NCBI GenBank assembly: GCA_965262725.1
Contig: OZ253555.1
Coordinates: 2,400,001-2,464,000, forward strand
Length of the DNA stretch: 64,000 nucleotides
Source of the DNA: Dehalococcoidia bacterium
GTDB lineage: Bacteria > Chloroflexota > Dehalococcoidia > UBA2979
Direction: 5' to 3'
This document shows, piece after piece, positions 38,937 to 49,209 of the stretch. The first letter of the stretch is position 1; the number at the start of each line of letters is the position of its first letter. Both the position numbers and the translations under genes were made by a program. The notes beneath the pieces are model-generated. The model saw nothing but the letters and a program-made list of their open reading frames with translations. It made no database searches and had not been told where the DNA came from.

Positions 38937-38965
38937 ATCGTGACGGCGAGCGCTCGTGAAGTCAA
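38937..38965 (-). promoter_or_regulatory. Sigma70-like promoter for the leader/NYN unit
   Basis: TTGACT-N17-CACGAT. Confidence 0.5.
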
Positions 38966-39536
38966 GCGTCTGCGCCCAACCAAGCCGTGTTTCATGACGT
39001 GGTGAACGACGAGCATGCCTCCAGACGACTCAGGTCATCCCGTACCGTCCTTCGACTTCAGGGTCTTCGATCTGGAGCTGTCGGGCGAGGGCGTGTCGCA
39101 GGTCCACGGGTACATGCGCCGTCAGCGGATGGGCCGACCGGACGCACAACGGCTCCTGCAACGCATGCAGGAAGAACGCCATGCGTGGGTCACCTTCGAC
39201 AGCGCAATCAGCCAGGAGTACCCGCGTCTGCCGTTCCTGCACATCCGGCCCCGCTCGTACTCGCGGCGATCGATGAGCTCCAGACCGAGGCGCCGCCGGA
39301 GTGGGTCGCGCGGGTCGGTTCGTTCACGTTGCCTCCGCAGGCCGCCTACACGAGGCCAGCCGCGGGCGAGGCGGAGAACCGCGCCGACCTCCGCCACACG
39401 CTCTCGGTCACCTCGCTGACGAGGCGCACCGCAGTCGGTGCAGGCCTGCTATCCGATGTCGTGAGAAGCCGAGGGATGAGGTGGGCGAGGACCGGCATAA
39501 CGGCGAACGTAGAAGGTCGCCGTTCGGAGTTGAGCC

Positions 39537-39735
39537 ATGCCGAAGGTGAGAGAGATGATCCGGCTCGTGGAGCAGGACGGTTGGTCCCGTGTCAGAACAC
39601 GCGGCAGCCACCGTCAGTTCACACATGCGGCGAAGAGGGGAACCGTTACGATAGCGTGGAGGTTGAGGGCTTGGCCCCGACACGGTGTCGAGCATCCTCA
39701 CGCAAGCCGGCCTCGACAGGAGTGCGCTGGAATGA
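39537..39735 (+). pseudogene. hicA: HicA toxin, frameshifted so that it reads into hicB
   Basis: KVREMIRLVEQDGW..VRTRGSHRQFTH..GTVTI; native tail DTVSSILTQAGL is in another frame. Confidence 0.8.
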
Positions 39736-39938
39736 CCTACACCGTCGTCATCGAGAAGACGGGCAACGGCTATTCGGCCTACGTGCCCGACCTGCCCGGT
39801 TGCGTTGCCGCCGGCGACACCCACGAGGAGACGGAGGCTCTGATTCAGGACGCCGTCACCTACCACCTCGAGATGCTTCGCGAGTCGGGAGACCCGATTC
39901 CGGAACCGCACACGACCAGCAGCCTGGTCACGGTCTAG
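39732..39938 (+). CDS. hicB: HicB antitoxin
   Basis: YTVVIEKTGNGYSAYVPDLPGCVAAG...GDPIPEP. Confidence 0.9.
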   Translation: MTYTVVIEKTGNGYSAYVPDLPGCVAAGDTHEETEALIQDAVTYHLEMLRESGDPIPEPHTTSSLVTV

Positions 39939-40276
39939 CCCTACGTGCTCGCTAAGTTGGTCTCGTGGTAGGCGACAGGGGGGAAATGTCTCCATAGAGT
40001 CGCGAGGCCATGCGGGGCTAGTCGACCGGGACGTCCCCCCCCCCGGTTCACTGGACGCGGAGGTGGATAGAAACTTCAAGCGATACCGATTGCGACGACG
40101 AGCAGCTCTGGGGCCTGAGGAAGCACGGATATGAAGTCCGCCACCAGGACTCGTTCCCCAAGTCTGGTGTTCTGGGAGTCCTGCTCCTCGTCGCCGTTCC
40201 CCACCCCCCATCCTACCGAGGCGCCAACCTCGCGACCTGTTCAGAGAGTTCCTAGAATGGGCGAGGGAGGCACGCC

Positions 40277-40537
40277 ATGATTCGCCCGACCGCTGTCGAA
40301 CCCCGCGAAGGATTCCGGATCTGGCTTCGCTACTCGGATGGAGTCAGCGGTGAGTTGGACCTGTCCCACCTGGCTGGCCGCGGCGTGTTCGCGGCGTGGA
40401 ACGAGGCCGGGTGTTTCGAGCGGGTGCACATCGCGCCGCACCGGGCTGTCGCCTGGAGCGACGAGCTAGAGCTGTGCCCCGACGTGCTCTACATGGACCT
40501 GACCGGGAAGTCGCTGGACGAGCTACCGGGAGCTTGA
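40277..40537 (+). CDS. DUF2442 protein (C-terminus altered at a repeat junction)
   Basis: VEPREGFRIWLRYSDG..GELDL...VAWSDELELCPD. Confidence 0.85.
   Translation: MIRPTAVEPREGFRIWLRYSDGVSGELDLSHLAGRGVFAAWNEAGCFERVHIAPHRAVAWSDELELCPDVLYMDLTGKSLDELPGA
40403..40528 (+). repeat. 126-bp direct repeat, copy 1 (partner 52469-52594)
   Basis: GAGGCCGGGTG...GAGCTACCG; one mismatch seen between copies. Confidence 0.9.
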
Positions 40538-41069
40538 TGTAGCGGTGGCTCACGTCGAGGCCGATCGTCGCAGCCCCCTCATCGAAACCGTATCACTTCG
40601 GGGAGTATCCCCGGTGAAGCGGGATGCCGACCCTGATGGGAGCCGCACCGTGACACGTCGGGAAGCGCTGCGCGGCTGATGCGACAAGGTCGGGTGCGAG
40701 ACGGGCTCGCCGTCGTGCTTCTGCTTGCGGCCCTGGCCCTGGGGTCCGCCTGCACGGGTGGCGGCGAGGTTCGCCCGTCCGCGACTCCGGCTGCGGCGCC
40801 GACGGCCGAGGCCCAGAATGCTGCTACCCCTCAGCCGTCGCCGGTAGGCACGGCACCGCTGGCACCCGCCGCTCTGTCTAGCCCCAACGCCGGTCCCACA
40901 ACGACTGCCGAGCCCACGGCGACTGCCGGGCCCGCGGCGACTGCCGAGCCCACGGCGACTGCCGAGCCCGCGGCGACTGCCGAGCCCGCGGCGACTGCCG
41001 AGTGGGAATGATGCTTACATCTGGCCCCACTTTGATCCTCTGATCTGGCCCCACCCCCGGGGACCGGGA

Positions 41070-41807
41070 TCAGGTCGTTGGGGCACCTCCTCTCGGGGAG
41101 GTCGAGGCCCGGAGCCGGTAGGACTCGGTGCCGGTCTCGATGATATGGGCACGGTAGGTGAGGCGGTCAACGACGGCCGCGGCGAGACGAGGGTCGGTGA
41201 AGATGCGGCCCCACTCGGAGAACGGGGAGTTGGAGGCGACGGCGACCGATGCCCGTTCCTCGCGCTCGGTCAGGATCTGGAACAGCATTTCGGCACCGCG
41301 CGGGTCGAGGTGGACGTACCCGAACTCATCCAGGCAGAGCAGGTCGAGGCGGCCGTAGCGGGCGACGAGGCGTGAGAGCGCGCGATCATCCGACGCTTCG
41401 GCCAGTTCATTCACCAGGGCGGCCGTGGTCATGTACCGCACGCGCAGCCCCAGGTGGCAGGCGGCCATGCCGAGGCCGATGAGCAGGTGTGACTTCCCGG
41501 TGCCGCTGTCACCGAGCAGGACGACGGGCTCGCCCCTTTCGACCCAGTCGCAGCGCTCCAGCGTGGCGAGCGCCGGCGCGTCGACTGTCGGCGCCGCCTC
41601 GAGGTCGAAGTCGGCGAGGTACTTGAAACGCGGGAACCGCGCCTCGACGATACGGCGCTGACGGCGCCGCTCCTCACGGTCATCGCGTTCGGCTCCCAGC
41701 ACTTCGGCGAGCGGGAGCGCCTGCTTCCTGACGGTGGGGAGACGGAGCTCGCGGCAGATCGCCTCGATTGTCAGCTCCGCGGCCTGGTCGGTGAGGGGTG
41801 CTGTCAT
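41070..41807 (-). CDS. istB: IS21 helper ATPase IstB
   Basis: GDSGTGKSHL, LLCLDEFGY, VASNSPFSEW, AVVDRL, ESYRL. Confidence 0.93.
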   Translation of the reverse strand: MTAPLTDQAAELTIEAICRELRLPTVRKQALPLAEVLGAERDDREERRRQRRIVEARFPRFKYLADFDLEAAPTVDAPALATLERCDWVERGEPVVLLGDSGTGKSHLLIGLGMAACHLGLRVRYMTTAALVNELAEASDDRALSRLVARYGRLDLLCLDEFGYVHLDPRGAEMLFQILTEREERASVAVASNSPFSEWGRIFTDPRLAAAVVDRLTYRAHIIETGTESYRLRASTSPRGGAPTT

Positions 41808-41823
41808 CGGGTGCCTCCTGTGG

Positions 41824-43458
41824 TCAGCGTGCCGTCGACACCGCAGCGGTGACGGCGGTTGTGGTGGTGTGCGACGCGTTCTCGGCAGACCGCGGAGCGC
41901 GGGAGCGCCCGCCCGGCGACGTGCCGGGCCATCGGGAATCACCCGAGAGCAGCGCATCGTAGCCATCGAGGAGCGGGGCAGGTCGGTCGTAGCGCTCCAG
42001 GTGCGGTCTCTCGACGGCGGCGTCTGGTGGCCTGCGGTCGGCGAGACGGCGCGCCTCGATGGCGACCAGTTCGGGGTTCACCGACTGGATCCTGTTGACC
42101 GTCCCGAGCGCGGCGTGCACCGCCGTGAAGGGAAGATGGCGATGCAGGAGCAGGACCTCGATGTACGCCTGCGTGCCCGCGCGGTCGCCGAGCTTGCGGC
42201 GGGCGCGGTCCCAGAAGCGCTGATGCTCGGCTGTGACGTGTCCCTTCGCACGCGCCTGCTGGAGCGCCACCGAGCCCGGGACCGCCCCGGGCTTGCGCGC
42301 GAGCACCTCCAGATAGTGGTCGAGCAGCAGGACCTCTGCTCCGGTGCGGGCGCTGCGCTCGTGGTGGGCGACTTCACGCCCCTCGGCCCACACGGTCAGG
42401 CTGTTCCCGGACAGCCGCACGTCCAGCTTCCGGCCTGCATAGGCCGCCGGGACCGAGTAGCGGGAGCTACGCACGGCGATGCGCGCCTTGCGGTCGACCT
42501 TCGCGCGCAGCGGGATTGACGGGTCGAAGCGCTCCGCCGGAAGCGGACGCAGCGAGGCCTTCTCGTTCTCTCCCATCTCGCCGACGGTGGCGAGGCGGCT
42601 CTCGATGTGCCGGGCGTCGTCGGTGCGGTCCGCCTCCCGCACTCGTTCGTTCAGCTCGCCGAGGGTCGCCACCTTCGGGACCGGCACGAAGTGCCGCCGG
42701 CGGAAGCGGCCGACCTCGCCCTCCACACCGCCCTTCTCGTGCGCGCCCTCGATGCCGGGCTCACAGAAGAAGCTGTCGAAGCCGTAATGCGAGCGGAGCG
42801 CGATGAAGCGCTCGGTCTGCAGGCGCTCGCGTCCCTGCAGCACGGTGGTGACGGCCGCCGTCAGATTGTCGTAGCGGATGCGCCGCGGCACTCCGCCGAG
42901 CCGCTCGAAGGCGACCACGTGCCCCTCGAGCAGAGACTCCTGGCCCTCGCCGACGAAGCAGACGTGCGCCGCCCGCCCCGAATGCGAGAGCCGCATCACG
43001 AACATCGCCAGCCGGGTCTCGACGCCCTCCAGCCACACCGTCACCGTGCCGAAGTCGACCTCCGCCTCCTCGCCGGGAGGATGGACCTGCGGGATCGTCA
43101 CAACCGCGCGCCCGCCCTGGATCTCGCGACGCAGGCGCGCGACGCAGGCGCGGACCGTGGGCTCGGCCACCGTCGCCCCGTGTTCGTCGACGAGGCGCTC
43201 CCAGATGCGCCGGGCCGTGTGCCGCTGCTTGCGCGGCGCGCTGAGGTCGTCCACGAGCCAGCCCCGGATGACCGAGACGTACGGCCCGAGCTTCGGGGCC
43301 ACGCGGGTCGCCTGCTTGCGTTCCGGGGGTATCGCCGACCCAAGAGCCTGCCGCACCGTGCGCCGGTGCACGCCATGCCGGCGTCCCAGCTCATGGATCG
43401 ACAGCTCCTCCTCCCTCGCCATCCGTCGGATAGACTCGAACAGCTCCACTCTCGACAC
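41824..43458 (-). CDS. istA: IS21 transposase IstA
   Basis: KQRHTARRIW, EAEVDFG, IRYDNL, HEKGGVEGEV, RYSVP. Confidence 0.93.
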   Translation of the reverse strand: MSRVELFESIRRMAREEELSIHELGRRHGVHRRTVRQALGSAIPPERKQATRVAPKLGPYVSVIRGWLVDDLSAPRKQRHTARRIWERLVDEHGATVAEPTVRACVARLRREIQGGRAVVTIPQVHPPGEEAEVDFGTVTVWLEGVETRLAMFVMRLSHSGRAAHVCFVGEGQESLLEGHVVAFERLGGVPRRIRYDNLTAAVTTVLQGRERLQTERFIALRSHYGFDSFFCEPGIEGAHEKGGVEGEVGRFRRRHFVPVPKVATLGELNERVREADRTDDARHIESRLATVGEMGENEKASLRPLPAERFDPSIPLRAKVDRKARIAVRSSRYSVPAAYAGRKLDVRLSGNSLTVWAEGREVAHHERSARTGAEVLLLDHYLEVLARKPGAVPGSVALQQARAKGHVTAEHQRFWDRARRKLGDRAGTQAYIEVLLLHRHLPFTAVHAALGTVNRIQSVNPELVAIEARRLADRRPPDAAVERPHLERYDRPAPLLDGYDALLSGDSRWPGTSPGGRSRAPRSAENASHTTTTAVTAAVSTAR

Positions 43459-44930
43459 ACTCCTCTTCCCTCGCTCCGGGAGTCATGCAGTCACCCGAGC
43501 GTAGATCCTGGATGGGTCGGGGGTGGGGCCAATTCAAAGGATCAAAACGGCTCCAGGTGGGGCCAATTCAGAGCATCATTCCCAAACGAGCCCATGGCGA
43601 CTGCCGAGCCCACGGCGACTGCCGAGCCCACAGCGACTGCCGAGCCCGCGGCGATAGCGACACCCTCGACGCCGCCTCCGCTGCTCACTGCCGAGGATCT
43701 AGGCATCCGCGAGGTCGACACGGCCGAGGCGCTGGCGGCGGCAGGCCTCACCCGCGCGCGCTATGGCGCGGGCGAGGAGGTGCCGTGGGACCCCGGGCTG
43801 TTCCTGCTCGACGTGGAGTCGGGCGAGGTCGAGGGATGGGTGCGCTCGCTCGCCGCGCTGCCCGAGGAAGAGCGCTTGGCGGCCAGTCGCGCGGGCGACG
43901 AGTTCGATGTCTCGCCGAGTGTCCGCTTCGTGAGCTGGGCAGACCACGGAGTCCTCTACGACCGGCATACCGGGCGCACCTACAGCTGGGATCGGCAGGG
44001 GACCCAGTTCGATCGGTGGTGGGGAACCGGGTCCGGCGAACGGCTTCTCTTCTACCACGTGAGATCCGGCAGCTTCGTGGCGATGGATGCCGAGATGCGG
44101 CCCGTGGCGCGGTTCACGCTTCCGCCCGGCGAGCGCACCACCAGCCCGAACGGCGGCTACATCCTCATCCGCGAGTGCATTGGGTGTGAGCCGGGCGACC
44201 GCTTCCAGCTCGTCAACCTCGCGGACGAGGCCAACCCCGAGGTCTACTCGTGGGTACTTCCCTGGAAGACCTTCTGGTACAAGCAGGCGGGCCCCTCCTA
44301 CGGGATCGAGCTACGTGAGGACCTCGTTGCATTCGTCGCCGATACGGGTTCCGGCACATGCCGCGTGGCTCGCTATGGCCTCAATGGCTCGCTCCTCTCC
44401 GACCGGACGATTCCGTGCTGGCTGAACGTGTGGGCCGGCGGCGACTTTCCTCGCATCTCCCCGAACGGGCGCCTGGTTGCCGGCGCGACTGCCGGATACC
44501 CATCTGAGACCCAATACGGTGACTATCCCGCCGCCGCGGCCGTCTCCGTCTTCGACGCCGCAACCGGCGATGAGATCATGCGCGTCAAGAGCGTGTCCGC
44601 GCCCTGGTTCTGGGAGATCGAGATCACGGATCCATGGCTCGCGGATGGCTCTGGGATCATCGTCGGCACACGCCTTGGGCCGCGCGTCGCGACGATCGAC
44701 GGAGCGTGGAAGGAGGCTCCTGGCCTGCCGGCTCCGGATGATCCCGATCTCTTCTTCGCCTCCAGCTACGCGACCACCTGGTCGAGGTGGGCCGTCGTGA
44801 ACGGACGAGGGGAGGTGCAGGCGTCCATCTCCTTTGGCGGTCCCAGCGCACCGATTCCTGGACCCGGCTACCAAGCTGCGCTCGTCCTCGACGAGCGTGC
44901 CGAATGGGGCGTCACCGGGAACGCCCTAAG

Positions 44931-46589
44931 CCCTGATCCACCGAAGAAGAGTGCGCGAGCGTCTGCGGTTGGGTGCTCCGCTGTAGCTGGGACAATGGTT
45001 TTTGAACGAATCACGTCACAGCCACAGGGAGCACCCATTCGATGCTAGCAACGAGCAGCCCCGACCGGATACACATCGCCTTCGACGACGACCGCCTCGT
45101 GGACCACGCGGGCCTGCTGCTCCCGGCCACGCTCGCTGGCCGGCTCGGCCTCCGTGAACTGGCAGACGCCCACCTCGACCTCGGTGACGCAGCGGGGCGG
45201 GCGAACGTCGGCGACAAGCTGATGACTCTCATCGCCTCGGCGCTCGCGGGCGGCGACTGCATCGATGACGCCGATGCCATGCGCTCAGGCGGCGCCGGGC
45301 GCGTGCTCGGCTGCACCGTGAAGGCGCCGTCCACCCTCGGGACCTTCCTGCGCAGCTTCCGTTGGGGCCACGTCCGTCAGCTCGACCGCGTCAGCCGCGA
45401 GTTGCTGGCCCGCAGCTGGGCGGCCGGGGCGGGACCCGGCGCGGCGCCGTTCACCATCGACCTCGACTCGACGCTCTGCGAGACCTACGGCCTCGCCAAG
45501 GAGGGCGCCCGGCACCACGGCTACACGGGCGTGCGCGGCTATCACCCGCTGCTCGCGGTGGCGGCCGGGACGGGTGAGGTGCTGATGGCGCGGCTGCGCG
45601 GGGGCCGTGCCAACACCGCTCGGGGGGCCGCACACTTCCTGCGTGAGACGGTGGCGCGGGTGCGCGACGCCGGGGCCTCGGGGCAGCTCACGCTGCGCGC
45701 CGACAGCGGCTTCTACAGCCACGCTGTCGTCGCCGCCTGCCGCAAGCAGGATGTCCGCTTCTCCATCACCATTCGCCAGCAGCCGAACGTACGCACGCTG
45801 ATCGAGGCGATACCGGAAGAGGACTGGACGCCGATCCCGTACTGGCTGCCGGGCGGCGCCGCTGTCGCCGAGACGACCTACACGCCGTTCCAGCACACGG
45901 GGGACGCCACTGCGGTGCGGCTCATCGTGCGGCGCGTCACGCCGACGCCCGGGTCACAGCTCGCGCTCTTCGTGGACTACAGTTACCACGCCTTCATCAC
46001 CAACCGCGCGGGGGAGATGATGGAGCTGGAGGCCGACCATCGCCGTCACGCCGAGATCGAGAACGCGATCCGCGACCTCAAGTACGGCGTCGGGTTGAAC
46101 CATCTCCCCTCGGGCCGCTTCGCCGCGAACGCGGCGTGGCTCGCGGTGCAGGTGATCGCGCACAACCTCGCCCGCTGGACGGCGCGCCTCGGGCTCGGCG
46201 AGGGAATCATGACGACCAGGACGCTCAGGCGGCGCTACTTCTCTCTCGCCGGACGGCTCACCCGCTCTGCCCGGCGGTGGACTCTGCACCTCCCGAAGCG
46301 CTGGCCCTGGGCAGAGCAGCTGGCAGCCGCGCTCGCGCGACTACGGGCGATACCGCTCCCGGCCTGACGCCCGCTCACAGCGCCGACCCGGGTCCGAGGC
46401 TCGCGCCAGCATGCCCGCCCACGCCTCGCGCACCCTCGCGCCCGCACCCTCAGCGCCCCCGAGCGGTGCTGAGCGACGGCTCCTGGCTCCGGCCCGCCCC
46501 CGGCGCCGCCCGGCGAACGCCGGCACGCCCGCCGAACTCTCCGGCAGCCCGGCACCCCGCCTCGTCAAGCTTCGATCGGTGGATTCGAG
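44931..46589 (+). mobile_element. IS1380-family element, 1659 bp, CTAAG target duplication
   Basis: Ends CCCTGATCCACCGA / TCGGTGGATTCGAG; CTAAG at 44926-44930 and 46590-46594. Confidence 0.92.
45042..46367 (+). CDS. IS1380-family transposase
   Basis: HAGL, IDLDST, GYHPL, LRADSGF, EIENAIRDLK, FAANAAW. Confidence 0.93.
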   Translation: MLATSSPDRIHIAFDDDRLVDHAGLLLPATLAGRLGLRELADAHLDLGDAAGRANVGDKLMTLIASALAGGDCIDDADAMRSGGAGRVLGCTVKAPSTLGTFLRSFRWGHVRQLDRVSRELLARSWAAGAGPGAAPFTIDLDSTLCETYGLAKEGARHHGYTGVRGYHPLLAVAAGTGEVLMARLRGGRANTARGAAHFLRETVARVRDAGASGQLTLRADSGFYSHAVVAACRKQDVRFSITIRQQPNVRTLIEAIPEEDWTPIPYWLPGGAAVAETTYTPFQHTGDATAVRLIVRRVTPTPGSQLALFVDYSYHAFITNRAGEMMELEADHRRHAEIENAIRDLKYGVGLNHLPSGRFAANAAWLAVQVIAHNLARWTARLGLGEGIMTTRTLRRRYFSLAGRLTRSARRWTLHLPKRWPWAEQLAAALARLRAIPLPA

Positions 46590-46995
46590 CTAAGTCTCCG
46601 CACCAGGTTCTTCCACACGCAGGAATTCGGCGACGGTGGAGCTGCGCCGCCGCTCGAGCCACTGATCGAGCTTCCGCCCTTCGAGAACCGGTTGCTCGTC
46701 GAGGTCATCGTCGATACCTGCCTGAACCTTCGCGAGGAGCCCGTCGACAGCTCGACAATCGTCGGCTGCCTGCCACACGGTGCTGTCGCCGAGGTCGTCC
46801 CGACGGACGCGTACGTCTACTACAGCCGTTGGATCCACCTCGTCACCGATGATGGCCTCGAGGGCTGGGTGCCAGCGCTGCACGTGAGCTGGCATTCGGA
46901 CGGCGTGCGTCTCGAGGAGTAGCGCCCGTACAGCTTCCAGCTGGAGGCGCACGGCGACGGTACTACCTACGCTGCGGAGTGGGGGACGGGCCTCG

Positions 46996-48819
46996 ATGAC
47001 AGGCCAAAACTTCCCGGCGCTCGGCCTCGGCGCGCTCGCGTTGGTGCTGGTGATCGCCTGCTCCCGTACGGAAGACCCGGTGCCACACCCAGCAGCGACC
47101 ACGACGCTGGACCGGTCGTCCTCGACGACCCCGGTCGCCACGCCCGCGACTCCCGAGCCGCGGGCCGTGCCCATGGCGGACGCGTCTCCGTCCGCGTCTG
47201 AGACGGCGACGCCGCCCGCCGCGGCGGGCACCTCCACCGCGCCACCCGCCGCACCGGCGACGCCAGTGCCGACCCCGACCGCCCCACCCTCGCCGACTCT
47301 CACCACGTGCCACGGCATCGCGTGCATCATCGGGCCCGCACCCGATGTCTTCGAGCACGCGACGTGGGCGCCCGGCGAACGCGCCGACTGGCCCTCCGGC
47401 ATGTTCTTCCTGAGCGCCGAAACCGGACGGACAGAGGGCTACCGCGTTCGGACCGACGGTTCCTACATCGGTGATGTGTACCAGTCGGGCCCCTCCGGGA
47501 GCTGGGTCTTCATCGGAACGAGACACGGTGAGGAAGATGTCACGCTGCTCCACGACCGCCAGGCCGGCCAGTCGTGGCAATGGCCCACCGATCGGCTCAC
47601 GATCGTTGCCCTCTCGCGTGAGCATGTCCTCTTTGAGGATCGCAGCGAGAACTACACGCTCACAAACCGCTCCCTGGAAGCAACAGCCCGGTTCTCGCTG
47701 CACATTGGTGATGCGTCAGATCCGGCTATCCGCCAGGGCCTGATTTCGCCCGATGGGCGGGTCGTCGCCCTTCGCTTGCGCGGCAAGGAGTTCGGCGACA
47801 GCGTGCACGTTATCGATGTTGAGAGCGTCGAGCACAAGCTGATCGTCCCGATCGTCCCGCGTGAGAACCATCGGATCTACGTCCGGATCAAGCCGCTGGG
47901 GAGCGGCATCGGGCTGGCCGTGACGACGACGCACCTCCCCGACGATCGGCAGTCTGCGCCCATCGAGGAGTCTCGACACTTTAGCTGGACAGGTGCCGAT
48001 CTCTCCCCGGGGTCATGCCCGGGGCGGCTCTCTCCGGACGGCCGCTACGTCGCCCGGCAGGAAGGCTCACCGATCTGGGTGCGGTACGCCACACCACTCC
48101 TCGAGCCCGAGCAACCCTGGGCATCGGTCGTTATCGCCGACGCGGCGAGTTGCGAGCCGGTCGTCCGCGTGCGCTCCGCCCATGCCAGCCAGATCTTCTG
48201 GGAGGGGAGGTGGCTAGCGAACAGCGAGGGCTTCGTCGTGGGTGTGCGCGCGCGGCCGGGGACCGACGGGAAGGACTACATGGTTGTCCGGGTCAGCCCC
48301 CGCCCGGAGCTCGTGTACCTGCCGCGCCCACCGCTCCCCGGGGGCGGATCTGCTCCCATACCCGCACCCGCCGGTGACGGTCGCTACTTCTCGTACGACT
48401 TCGCCGGGATCTACGATGCAAGGTCCGACCGCTGGATACTCGCGCCCTTCGCGCCCTCCGGACCTGGGAACGGGCCGTTCTCGTGGGACACGGATGGCGA
48501 CGAGCTACAGCTCACGTTCACGTACTGGGGTGAGGGCAGGGCAATCTGGCTTCTTCTCCAACCGAAGCTCGAGTTGCCGCCCCTCGGCGAGGAAGCAGTC
48601 TTCCGCGTGGCGGGCCCCGCCGCCTGCCACGAACTGCACACGACCTCCCAGTCCGGTGATGTCATCGCCTGCCTTCCTAGCGGCGCCCGGCTTGTCTTCG
48701 TCGGGTCCGTCGTTGCTATCGACCTCTACGGCACCCCGCTCGATTCGCCATGGGTCCGCGTCCGGACCGATGATGGAGTCGTCGGCTGGATGTTGATCGA
48801 CCACATTGCCTGGTACTAG
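46996..48819 (+). CDS. Lipoprotein with Pro/Thr linker, propeller-like region and SH3-like C-terminus (paralog of 40679-46922)
   Basis: Lipobox VIAC; ISPDGR/LSPDGRY; WVRVRTDDGVVGWM. Confidence 0.8.
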   Translation: MTGQNFPALGLGALALVLVIACSRTEDPVPHPAATTTLDRSSSTTPVATPATPEPRAVPMADASPSASETATPPAAAGTSTAPPAAPATPVPTPTAPPSPTLTTCHGIACIIGPAPDVFEHATWAPGERADWPSGMFFLSAETGRTEGYRVRTDGSYIGDVYQSGPSGSWVFIGTRHGEEDVTLLHDRQAGQSWQWPTDRLTIVALSREHVLFEDRSENYTLTNRSLEATARFSLHIGDASDPAIRQGLISPDGRVVALRLRGKEFGDSVHVIDVESVEHKLIVPIVPRENHRIYVRIKPLGSGIGLAVTTTHLPDDRQSAPIEESRHFSWTGADLSPGSCPGRLSPDGRYVARQEGSPIWVRYATPLLEPEQPWASVVIADAASCEPVVRVRSAHASQIFWEGRWLANSEGFVVGVRARPGTDGKDYMVVRVSPRPELVYLPRPPLPGGGSAPIPAPAGDGRYFSYDFAGIYDARSDRWILAPFAPSGPGNGPFSWDTDGDELQLTFTYWGEGRAIWLLLQPKLELPPLGEEAVFRVAGPAACHELHTTSQSGDVIACLPSGARLVFVGSVVAIDLYGTPLDSPWVRVRTDDGVVGWMLIDHIAWY

Positions 48820-48824
48820 GCTGC

Positions 48825-48920
48825 TGCCGCGAGCGCCGGGTCGAGCCGACCCGCGGCACGCCAGACACTCCGCGTCGAGGCGGTCGGTTTTCCGCTGGCT
48901 GCGCGTGGTCAGCGCCACCC
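48825..48920 (-). pseudogene. IS110 transposase fragment
   Basis: VALTTRSQRKTDRLDAECLA / GRLDPALA. Confidence 0.5.
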
Positions 48921-49209
48921 CCTTACCTTCTTTCTGCGGCCTGGGTAGCTTCCCGGGCCGGGAGTCCGGCAGTGCCGGCATGGCTCAGTGCCCCCTGTCG
49001 CTTGACGGCCTGGGGGGTGTTGCCACCGGCACTGCTCGGTGCGTGAACCTCTGATAGGGACATGCGAGTTAATCGCTGATTCGTAAGGTGGATGACGGCG
49101 CGCGCACCTGCGGCCTTCCGGACGAGTGGACGAAGCACCCGAGAGGAGCCGCAGTGGGAACGCCCGCCCTTCGACAGACGCCCGGACGGGCGTCCTGAGA
49201 CAGGCTCAT

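Larger units (their letters stand above)
41003..43584 (-). mobile_element. IS21-family element
   Basis: Ends TGGGAATGATGCT / AGCATCATTCCCA; internal TGGCCCCAC repeats at both ends; CGAG at 40999-41002 and 43587-43590. Confidence 0.92.
40679..46922 (+). pseudogene. Lipoprotein (AEPTAT linker, propeller-like region, SH3-like C-terminus) interrupted by both IS21 and IS1380
   Basis: Lipobox LGSAC; segments 40679-41002, 43591-44930 and 46595-46922 join in frame; ends CLNLREEP...WIHLVTDDGLEGWV. Confidence 0.85.

Noticed and set aside
38987-39500. Possible gene upstream of hicA
   Set aside because: Overlapping frames with no recognisable motif; cannot support a call
40035-40044. C10 homopolymer as a phase-variation tract
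   Set aside because: Intergenic, with no clear promoter or ORF context
42607-45048. 813-aa ORF
   Set aside because: Chimera of antisense istA, the IS21 end and the middle of the interrupted lipoprotein
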